Assembly: GCF_018389705.1 (NCBI RefSeq)
Contig: NZ_CP065581.1
Location: 330,001 to 362,000, forward strand
Source: Mycoplasma mycoides subsp. capri
GTDB lineage: Bacteria > Bacillota_I > Bacilli_A > Mycoplasmatales > Mycoplasmataceae
Direction: 5' to 3'
Length of the DNA: 32,000 nt
This document shows positions 1 through 8,960 of the stretch, in pieces. A model generated the notes under the pieces. It was given only the letters and a program-made list of their open reading frames with translations. It ran no database searches and was not told the origin of the DNA. The position numbers and the translations under genes are program-made. Every line of letters begins with the position of its first letter. Position 1 is the first letter of the stretch.

Positions 1-186
1 CAAGCTATTGCTGAACAAACACAAAATGGTGCATTTACTTTAATTGGTGGTGGAGATAGTGCTTCAGCTGCAATTAATATGGGATTTAAAGATAAATTTT
101 CATGAATTTCAACTGGTGGAGGAGCTTCGCTTGAATTTATGGAAGGAAAAGAATTACTAGGTATTTCTGCAATTCAAGATAAATAA
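1..186 (+). CDS. pgk: phosphoglycerate kinase, C-terminal fragment (5' end outside window)
   Basis: Frame 1 reads ...[50 protein letters not shown], then TAA at 184-186. GGGDS...[14 protein letters not shown] is the conserved Pgk C-terminus. One in-frame TGA is read as Trp. Confidence 0.9.
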
Positions 187-208
187 TTTTAATACTAATT
201 AATGGATT

Positions 209-236
209 AAAAAACTCACTTTATAGTGAGTTTTTT
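209..236. terminator. bidirectional rho-independent terminator hairpin between pgk and the convergent lipoprotein gene
   Basis: The stem is aaaaaactcact / agtgagtttttt with loop ttat. An A-run lies on one side and a T-run on the other, so it can terminate both convergent genes. Confidence 0.6.
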
Positions 237-750
237 ATTGCTTGATATATTCTTTATTAACTAATATTTTAAACGCTTCCTGACACTTTAATCATTTAGG
301 AAGTATAGAACCTCCTGTTGAATAATCAGGAATAGATATTTTTCCTAACTGAGGAGGCATGGGTTTTCTTCCTAACTGAGGAGGCATGGGTCTTCTTGCT
401 AACTGAGGATATTGAGGACATTCTTCTAATATAGCTATTAACTCTGATTCAGTTATTGGTGTGGGTATTATTTTTAATCTTTTATCTGATTTGGACCTTG
501 TTATGGGTTTGACATCCAATTTAGGTTTTATTTCTGGTTTTATTAATATTTTAGAAGTTGTTTCAGGATTTGTTTTAGTGTCTTTTTCACTATTGTTTTT
601 ATTAGATTTTATTTCAAAATCATAATCATCATTCTTATTATTATTATTATTATTTAATTTAGAATTTGTTTTATTTCCGCAAGCAATTACAGTTAAATTA
701 GTTGAAGCTATTAAACCTGTTAAACATAGTAAAGTTAGTATTTTTTTCAT
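235..750 (-). CDS. putative surface lipoprotein with proline-rich 9-aa repeats (171 aa)
   Basis: The N-terminus MKKILTLLCLTGLIASTNLTVIACGN has a signal peptide plus a lipobox Cys. The track ORF 292..750 ends at a TGA; read as Trp, the frame continues (WLKCQEAFKILVNKEYIKQ) to TAA at 235-237. It contains an Asn run and PMPPQLG(R/K)K repeats. Confidence 0.8.
344..409. repeat. 27-bp tandem repeat, about 2.4 copies, inside the lipoprotein gene
   Basis: cctaactgaggaggcatgggttttctt (344-370) and cctaactgaggaggcatgggtcttctt (371-397) are followed by a partial gctaactgagga. The repeat encodes the (R/K)KPMPPQLG units. Confidence 0.85.
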
Positions 751-888
751 TTAATCCCCCATCAGAAAGCATTTATTTCATATACATAAATGTTTTATTT
801 TAGCTTTAACATCATATATAATATCAGGTTCAAAAAATACATTTTTTGTTTAAACAAAAATATCTAAAAACTAATAAAAAAATAATAA

Positions 889-918
889 AAAACTAAATCA
901 ATTGTAGACTTAGTTTTT
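889..918 (-). terminator. putative terminator after the LemA gene
   Basis: The stem aaaaactaa / ttagttttt encloses a 12-nt loop. On the minus strand it is followed by a T-rich run. The stem is AT-only, so it is weak. Confidence 0.4.
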
Positions 919-932
919 AAAGTTAATTATTT

Positions 933-1601
933 TTATTTAAAGAAATCTTGACTTGCTAGTTTTTTAGTTTCAGCACTTGCTGCAAAAGGAATTCTAGTTG
1001 TGTAATGCATTTTAGCAGCAACTATCATTTTAGCTGGTCATTCATTAATTGAACGGTTTCATTGAAAAACAGTATCATTATAAAGATCTCTAGCTGCAGT
1101 AATTTCTTTTTGTAAGTATAAGTTTTGTTGTAAAGCTTGTTTAATTGATTCATGAGCTTTTAAATCAGGATAATTTTCAATTTGTAAATGTAATCCTCTA
1201 ATAGTTGTATCTAATTGAGATGCAACATCAGATCTATTTTCATCATTTACATTAATTCCAGATCTATAAGCTGCAACTGTTTTCATAACATCTTTATCTA
1301 GTTCGATTGATTTAGATAATAATGAAGCTAAATTTTGCATAACAACAGCTCTTTGATCTAAATAGTTATCAATTTGTGAAGCATTGTGTTGTACTTTTTG
1401 TTCTAGTTGAGCTAAATGATTTTTAGCCTTAATTTTTATAAATGTAAAAATAATTCCAGGAATAATTCCTAATATTCATAATAGTATTTCAAAAACTAAT
1501 GAACCTTTTCCAACAGTTATTGGAATTTGTTTGTTAATAACATTTACCTGTCTTCCTTGTTCTAAAATAGGGTCATTCATTTCATCTAATTGGTTTGCCA
1601 T
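933..1601 (-). CDS. lemA: LemA family membrane protein (222 aa)
   Basis: ATG at 1601 gives MANQLDEMNDP..., then one TM segment (LVFEILLWILGIIPGIIFTFI). The LemA-type body follows: ...QIDNYLDQRAVVMQNLASLL...ENYPDLKAHESIKQALQQNLYLQKEITAARDLYNDTVFQWNRSINEWPAKMIVA.... Track ORF 1059..1340 is extended across TGA codons to TAA at 933-935. Confidence 0.85.
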
Positions 1602-1603
1602 TT

Positions 1604-3367
1604 TTATATTTCCTGTTCTATTATTTCAACAGCACCATATTCTGTTAAAATATCATTTTCATTGTATTTAGCTTCTACTTCTTGATCTCATAACTCATTA
1701 TCAATAGGTGAATGCTTAAAAATTTTAATTTTTAGATTAGTAATTTTATCATATGCTATATATTCATCTCAAGGAACTGGAACATCATGATATCTTCCAT
1801 CTCCTCCTCAAACTGGAATATAATCAATTCTTGGTATAATATCAAATCCAATGGAAGTTGCTTGAACATAGTCAGTACCATCTTTTTTAGCAATTAATTG
1901 TGTTTTAATAATTGAATTAGTTTTAATGTTTGGGTGATCTAATAATTCTGATGGTATTGAATTAGCACAAACTTCATACTCATAATCAGTAAGAGTTAAA
2001 TTAGTTTCAGGATTTTCCTTGTATTCTAAATTTATTTGAGCTAGTGATGGGATTGAAAAGTATGGAGCTAGTGCTCAATAAAATGTTTTAAAGTAATTTT
2101 TATTTATACTATAAAAATAATTTTGTATATGTTCAATACTATAATGCTGATATTGATCTTCATTATCATAAAAGTTAATTTCATTTAGTTTTTCAGTTGC
2201 AAAAATAATTAATTTATTTTCTTTTAGCATGTGATAATCATCACCAAAACTCTTGTTATGATCTTGAACTAATTGAACTAAATTGTTTTGAGCTAATGGA
2301 GTAAATAATAATCTAAATTCTCTTTCATTATTTCTATCAAAACAAGATCAAAATGATTCAAATTTAGTATTTGATAAAGGAGTGAAATTAATATTTTTTT
2401 GACTATATTTTTTTAGTTCTTTCTCAATTTGCTTTTCTAATTTTACTTTTTCTTTTTCGCTTAATTTATCAATTTGTTGTGGTTTTCTATAAAATTCTAG
2501 GTTTGGAGATAGATCAGTTGCAAAACAAATTTTTGAAAAATCAGAAAATTGAACAAAAGGTTTAGTAACACTTGCTGTTAAAACTTGAGTCTTAGTAACT
2601 GTTTTTCAATTTCCATTACTATCAGTATATGATTCAGTTCAACTAATTGTTAAAGAACCATGATAAGTTTTTTTAACAATTTCATAACTGTAATCTTTAG
2701 TTAATAAAAAATAATTATTATTAATAGTTCCAGATTTTACATAAACTGTTGTTTTAGTATCATCAGATGAACTATTTAAAAAACCATATTCATCTATTAA
2801 TTTATTTAGTTTATTTAATCCTAAATGTCTATTTAGATGAATAAAAGGCATTGTTAGAGTTAAAAGTTTATTTTTAGTACCAATTTTAATTAATTCTCTT
2901 AGACTTTTAGTTTGTTCTAGTCCAACTTCAATTAATTGGTTCAATTCAGCTTGTTGTTTATCTTTAGCATTCAAAGCTTCTTTTTTCTTTTTATTAATTA
3001 CTAAAAAATGAATTAATATAAAAACAATAAATAAAATTAAATCAATAACACAAACTAGTACTTCATATCATTTATAAGTTGGATCTGTAACTAAACTATA
3101 AATGAAAGCTACACCTAATACTCCAGTTAAACATATTAAAACTATATTAGTAATAAATCAAATTCTTAGTTTTTTTAAACTAGAATTAGACTTATTTAAC
3201 TCAGCTTGTTTTTTATTAATTTTTATTACTTGTTGTTTATTTTCTTCTATATCTACTTTTGAAGTAGCTATTAAATTATCAAAATATTCTTTAATAATAT
3301 TTAAGTTTTTTTCTTGATACTTGTCATATTCTTTAAGTGGTTCAAAGATAAATTCGTTATTTCCCAT
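1604..3367 (-). CDS. conserved hypothetical membrane protein (587 aa), co-operonic with LemA
   Basis: Track ORFs 3158..3367 and 2639..2974 share one frame. I hand-translated 2975-3157 and 2471-2638, which contain only TGA interruptions; the rest was read by eye. It has an N-terminal coiled-coil region, a TM block (FITNIVLICLTGVLGVAFIYSLV / VLVCVIDLILFIVFILIHFLVI) and a large C-terminal domain. Its TAA at 1604-1606 lies 2 nt before the LemA ATG. Confidence 0.7.
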
Positions 3368-3465
3368 TAATATTCCCTTCTAATATTTTTCCTTTATTTT
3401 TTATTTTATATTTTAAAAAAATAAAACATAAAATAGTTTCTGAAAGTTTCTGAAATATTTATTAA

Positions 3466-3495
3466 AAAGAAAAAACCCTGAACTTGTTCAGGGTT
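3466..3495 (-). terminator. rho-independent terminator of the 3508..4452 gene
   Basis: The stem is aaccctgaa (3474-3482) / ttcagggtt (3487-3495) with loop cttg. On the minus strand it is followed by a U-run (complement of the A-run at 3470-3475). Confidence 0.7.
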
Positions 3496-3507
3496 AAATT
3501 AATTTAT

Positions 3508-4452
3508 TTATCTTAAATCGTATTTATTTTTGTTGTCTTGGATTTTGTCATATACTTTAATAGTTATTACACCATCTTTTCTTCAAATTCCTTTGATTGT
3601 TTGACTAATCATTATTGTTAAAAAGATTACATAATAGATTTGAAAGAAAGTTGATAATAATCCAAATAATAAGTATAAAACACCAATAAACATATTATCA
3701 GCTTGTAATACTCTTCTAGCAGTATTTAAAATGTTTCCAATTAATCTTAATATTGAATAAATCATTAATAATATTAGTTCAACAGTTACAATTACTAAAT
3801 AAAATACAGCAATTGTTTTCATTAAAAAGCTAGTAAATGTATTTCCTTCAAAACGTTCTTTTGAATTTTTATTAAAAAATAGAACAAATGCTAATAATCC
3901 AACTACTAATAAAACACCATTACCAATAATAAATCCTAATAAAATTCAATATCATTCTTTTGTTTGATCAAATCAATTTATATTTGGTCCAATTGTTTTT
4001 AATTGTCAAAATAAAATACCTAAAAATATAGCTGAACCAATTGTTGTAATAATTGCAAATGATCTTGATAAAAATCATTTAGGTTTAATAGTTGACTGAG
4101 TAGTGACATTTGGTAAACTTGTTAAAATTCAAGGAGTTAAGAATCCTCCTAAATTTAAACTTAAACTAGCTAAAATATATCTATTTGCAACTAATTCTTC
4201 ATCAGTACTTTTTTTAACAAATCTTAAAATAATTACTGCTGAAATAATAGTTTTTCAAAACATATATCCCATAGTTGCATAACCTAAAGAGAGTAATACT
4301 TGTTTAGGTTGATCTAATTGTTGTGGATTAATTTTACTTAAAAAATAAAGAGATATAAGCATTCCAATTACAGCAAAAATTGTTCCAACTCATTGAAAAA
4401 CTTTTATTTGAGTTCTTGGTGAACTAAAAAAACTTGAATTATTATTTTTCAC
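3508..4452 (-). CDS. polytopic integral membrane protein, function unknown (314 aa)
   Basis: A GTG start at 4452 is preceded by aaaggagaaaaaa. The frame of track ORF 3583..3822 continues both ways through about 9 TGA codons. The true stop is TAA at 3508-3510. Hydrophobic segments occur throughout. Confidence 0.7.
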
Positions 4453-4526
4453 TTTTTTCTCCTTTAATACAAAAGATATTATATATCAATTGATTAACTA
4501 TAACAAATTACAATTTTAATTACTTA

Positions 4527-6359
4527 TTAAGATTTTTTATTTAAGATTACTGGAATAATTAATGGATTTCTTCTTTTTACTCTAAAAATATATGGGCTTA
4601 AAGAAGATTTAATCGCTTTTTTAATAGCTGCAAAAGTTGGTTTTGATGACATTAATACTTCATTAACTGCATTAGTAATAATTTGAATTGAATCACTAAT
4701 TATTGATCCTGCATCTTTTACATAAAAACTACCACGAGAAATAATTCTAGGTTGAGAGATTAATTTATTAGTTTGTGAATCTAATGAAATTACAACAGCA
4801 ATTAATCCATCTTTTGAAAGAATTTCTCTTTCTCTAATAACATTACTTGCTTTTCCAGTCATATCTTTTCCATCAACATAAACTGCATCAGCTTCAACAC
4901 GTTTTCCGATTTTAGCTTTACCTTGTAATAGCTCTAAAACATCACCATTAGCCATTATAAAACCATTACCTTTTTCTAAATTAACACTTTCGCCAGTTTC
5001 AACATGTTTTTTTAACATACGATATTCACCATGCATTGGCATAAAATATTTTGGTCTAATTAAACTAAATAATAATTTTTGTTCTTCTTGACTAGCATGA
5101 CCTGAAGTATGTATTTTATTATCTGAAGTATTTTCAATTACTATAGCCCCAACTCTAGTTAACTTATTAACTAACTTTTCAACATCAGCTCTATTTCCTG
5201 GAATTGGTGATGATGAAAATACAACTGTATCACCAGGAATAATATTAATTGATAAATGTTTATTATTAGCAATTCTAGATAAAGCAGCCATTGGTTCACC
5301 TTGACTACCTGTTGTTAAAATCATTAATTCTTCTGGTTTATATTTATCAATATCAGTTGATTTAATAAATTCTTTTTCACTAATTTTTAAATGACCAATT
5401 TGACGAATGATTTTAATAATTCTTTCAAATGATCTACCTAAAATAACAATTTTTCTATTATATTTGTGAGCAGTTTCAATAATGTGTTGAATTCTATGAA
5501 CATTTGAGGCAAAAGTTGTTAAAAAGATTCTTCCTTTAGCTTGTAAAAACAATTTATCAATATTTGAAATAATACTTTTTTCACCTTGTGTATATCCTTC
5601 AACTTCACTATTAGTTGAATCTGCCATTAATAATTCAACTCCATTTTCACCCATTGAGGCTAATTTAGTAAGTTCAGCAAAATGTCCTAGTGGTGATCAG
5701 TCAAATTTATAATCTCCTGTTGAAAAAATATTACCATTAGGAGTTTGAACTAAAATTCCAAACGCATCAGGAATAGAATGATTTAATGCAGCATAACTAA
5801 CTTTAAAGTTTTTAGTTTTTCACACATCATCAGCATCATATTCTTTAACAATGGTTTTATCTTCAATTTTATATTCTTTTAATCTATCTCTAATTAACAT
5901 GGCAGCTAATTTTGGAGCATAAATTACAGGAATTTTTACTTGTTGAACTAAATATTGAATTCCACCAATATGATCTTCATGACCATGAGTAATAAATAAA
6001 GCTTTAATCTTTTTTTGATTTTCAGCTAAATAAGAATAATCAGGAATAACAGCACTTACTCCTAACATAGTTGATTCAGGAAATTTAACTCCAGCATCAA
6101 TCATAATTAATTCATTATCATACTCAATACAATAAGTGTTTTTTCCAACTTCTTCTAATCCACCTAAAGCAAAAATTTTAGTAGGTATATTTGTTTTTTG
6201 ATATTGTCTTTTAACTTCTTTTTGCTTAAATACATATGGTTTAAATTCTTTTTCATCAATACTAATATTTAATTGGTCACCATCATCATCAAAGCTATTA
6301 ATTAAATTTTCATTTTCTTCATTAAGTATATCTAGATCTTTTTTATCTATATTTGACAT
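4527..6359 (-). CDS. rnj: ribonuclease J (metallo-beta-lactamase / beta-CASP RNase, 610 aa)
   Basis: Track ORFs 5820..6359 and 4527..5654 are in one frame and are joined through TGA codons. Motifs seen: IMIDAG, HGHEDHIGG (MBL motif 2), ...STGDYKFDW..., ADSTNSE, and HTSGHASQEE...MPMHGEYRML (beta-CASP motifs). The true stop is TAA at 4527-4529. Confidence 0.92.
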
Positions 6360-6636
6360 TTGTTCCTTTCCAAATAAAAAATATTAAAATAAGTTAATTT
6401 CTAAACTTTTTGTATTTGGCTTATTTTAATTATTAAATATTATCATTAGTTAATTAATTTTATAGTTAGTTACTTATTAATATTGTATAACATTATTTGT
6501 TATAAAAGAAATTAAAAATAGTTATATAAACTTATAAAAATTATAATATTACTAATAAATTAAAAATAAAGTAATATTAATTTTAACCTAAATATTATTA
6601 TTTTATTTAATTTTAAAGTAATAGTTATTTTTATAT

Positions 6637-6740
6637 AAGCAACCTAAGTGGTTGCTTTTTTCATTTTTCTAAGTTCTTGCAAGTAAAAGTGTTAACAAAC
6701 ACTTTTAAAATAGAAAAGAAATAAAACAAATATGTTTAAA
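6637..6740 (+). repeat. copy A of a ~100-bp leader cassette (hairpin + T-run, 7-bp inverted repeat, TAAAAT, RBS, ATG TTT AAA)
   Basis: aagcaacctaagtggttgcttttttcatttttctaag...aagtgttaacaaacacttttaaaatagaaaagaaataaaacaaatatgtttaaa aligns along its whole length with 8861..8960. Confidence 0.85.
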
Positions 6741-7175
6741 CAAGCAATTTATAATGCTAATAAAACTAAATGCTTGGAAATTGGATATTTTACTAACAAA
6801 AACAATCAAATACAAATTCAAAGATTTCCACACATCATTAAAAAAGTTCCAAAAGTTTTACAAAACCGAATTATCAATTTATTTAATGCTTTTTATAAGA
6901 AACAAAATGAATTTATTGATGGAATTCAATACTAAGATACATCAAACATAATAGATATATAAATATGTTCTTGGAAGCAAAAAAAATTTAATCAAGATAT
7001 ATCAAGTTGAAATACTTTTAATGTAATAGATATGACACAAATGTTTTCTGGAGCAAAGTCATTTAATCAGGATTTATCTAAGTGAAACGTTTTTACGGTT
7101 AAAAATTTCAACTATTTCAAATCATTTACTTTATTTAGATTTAGCCATAAAAAGCTTCCAAAATTTAATAAATAA
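6732..7175 (+). pseudogene. DUF285-family (Mycoplasma LRR-like) gene remnant: N-terminally truncated, with two in-frame TAA stops
   Basis: A single frame reads MFKQAIYNANKTKCLEIGYFTNKNNQIQIQRFPHIIKKVPKVL...[58 protein letters not shown]...KFNK*. The FNQD(I/L)SxWN(T/V) repeats match the two intact neighbours. No signal or anchor region is present. Confidence 0.65.
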
Positions 7176-7211
7176 GGTATATCAAAATATACATTTTTAT
7201 ATACCTCAAAT

Positions 7212-7227
7212 AAAAAAAAAAAAAAAA
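7212..7227. repeat. A16 homopolymer in the upstream region of the 7308 DUF285 gene
   Basis: There are 16 consecutive A residues (7212-7227), about 80 nt upstream of the ATG and directly after a ggtatat/atatacc hairpin (7176-7205). Confidence 0.9.
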
Positions 7228-7307
7228 GTATTCAATTAATAATGAATAACTAAAACAAATAAAATTATTACAAATAATAAAAATCAATATTAATAGAAAG
7301 GATATTT

Positions 7308-8720
7308 ATGAAACTTAAAAAAACTGTGTGAATTCCTTTAGTTTGTGCTCCTGTTTTACTAACAGCTATAATAGTTCCACCTGTAGTTATTTATAAAAAT
7401 AAACAAAAAGTTTCTAAACCAATTGATAATAAAAAACCTGTTTCTGATAAACAACCAAAAAAACCAACCCCACAACCAAAAAAACCAATTGATGAATTAA
7501 AACCTATAATTGACCCAAACATAACCACTTTAAATAAGCAATTAAAAGAGGCTTCAACTTCTTTAACATCCACACTTTCTAATAAAAAATATAAGAATTT
7601 AGAAAAACTTCAATCTGAAATATCTGCTCATTTAACTAACAATAATAATTCTTTTAATAATATCTCTTTTGAAATAACTAATAAATCTATCTTACCAGAA
7701 CGTGCTAGAAATCAAACTGTTAATCTTAATTTAAAAGCAACTGGACTTAATAATAAATCTTCATCTTTATCAACAACTTTAAATAATGTTTCTTTAGGTA
7801 TTTTAGATATTGATGAAATCATTTCAAGAAAAAAGATGTGAGTTGAAATTGAAGAACTTGAAAGTTTTAAAAATAATAATGACCCTAGCAAAGTAAAAGA
7901 TGACTTTTTCTACTTGTTAAAGAAAAATAATTATGATAACCTTGATGAATCCATTTTTAATAAGGATTCTTATACTTATGATTTTAGTGAAACTGAAGTA
8001 AAAAGTGTAAGTATAGACTATAAAACAGAAAGAAAAGGAGGAAATGATTATTACTATAAAAAAACTAGATTTACTGATATGGAACCAACAGAAAGTTGGT
8101 ACAAAACAAAAATGAAAATCAAAAAAAATCAGACAAAAGATGATTTTGTAGACTGAAATAATAAAGCTGAACTAGAACTTACTTTATATGCATATATTCC
8201 CAAACTTTATGATAGCAATTTTAGTTGATATTTTAAGAATAAAGTTGAAGGTAACGATGGTGCATTTATTGTAATTGATAAAAATGGTGAAGAAAAAAGA
8301 ACAAAAAAAGATGATTTAAAAGACCCATATAATGATATTTGAACTTCCTCTTACTATGATTATAATAAATGAAAAAAACAAGGTTGAAAAGTGGAAGAAT
8401 GTGTTTCTTGAGATGGATTGTTTGGAACAATTTCTTTCCCAAGAACAATTAAACGTGTACCTAAATATTTACCAAAAAATAAGTGATCTTTAAATTATTT
8501 ATTTGATAACGCAACTAATTTTAACCAAGATATTTCAATGTGAAATACTTCAAATGTAGAAGATATGGAAGATATGTTTAGAGGAGCTAGTTCATTTAAC
8601 CAAGATCTTTCTAGGTGAAATGTTTCAAAAGTTCTTGGCAAATCAAGCCAAGATATTTATGTTTCTAACCGCAACTGAAAGAAAGAACACTGACCTCAAT
8701 TTAATAAAAATAATAGTTAA
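7308..8720 (+). CDS. DUF285-family membrane-anchored surface protein (470 aa)
   Basis: RBS gaaagga precedes ATG 7308. The N-terminal anchor is MKLKKTVWIPLVCAPVLLTAIIVPPVVIY, followed by a Pro/Lys-rich linker. The C-terminal repeats are [39 protein letters not shown]. I hand-translated the frame end to end: it has only TGA interruptions, and stops at TAA 8718-8720. Confidence 0.85.
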
Positions 8721-8860
8721 ATTTATATATTCAAAATATCTATAAATTATGTTAAAATTAATTTAACATCGAAAAATTAATTAATTTTTTCAAGTCTTTT
8801 AACAGAATTGAAACCATATCAAAAAAACGTTATTTTTAGATAATGTTTTTTGTTTTACAC

Positions 8861-8960
8861 AAGCAACCACTTAGGTTGCTTTTTTCATTTTTTCTAAATT
8901 TCTACAAATCAAAGTGTTAACAAACACTTTTAAAATAGAAAGGAAATAAAAATGTTTAAA
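8861..8960 (+). repeat. copy B of the ~100-bp leader cassette
   Basis: aagcaaccacttaggttgcttttttcattttttctaaat...aagtgttaacaaacacttttaaaatagaaaggaaataaaaatgtttaaa. It has the same stem as copy A, but the 5-nt loop is reverse-complemented (actta versus taagt). Confidence 0.85.

Noticed and set aside
3102-3317. Track ORFs antisense to or out of frame with confident genes: 3102..3317(+), 6754..6951(+), 7391..7573(-), 8266..8448(-), 8930..9361(-), 10706..10933(-), 12975..13214(-), 16185..16475(+), 27387..27716(-), 28571..28759(-), 31793..31984(+).
   Set aside because: Each lies entirely inside a longer gene that carries recognisable motifs on the other strand or in another frame. Their sequences are low-complexity (Leu/Phe/Ile/Ser-rich), as expected from the reverse complement of AT-rich coding DNA. 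None has an RBS.
3435-3454. Tandem 10-bp direct repeat agtttctgaa x2 upstream of the 1604..3367 gene, as a regulator binding site.
   Set aside because: It has only two copies, no symmetry and no second occurrence in the window. It could be a simple duplication.
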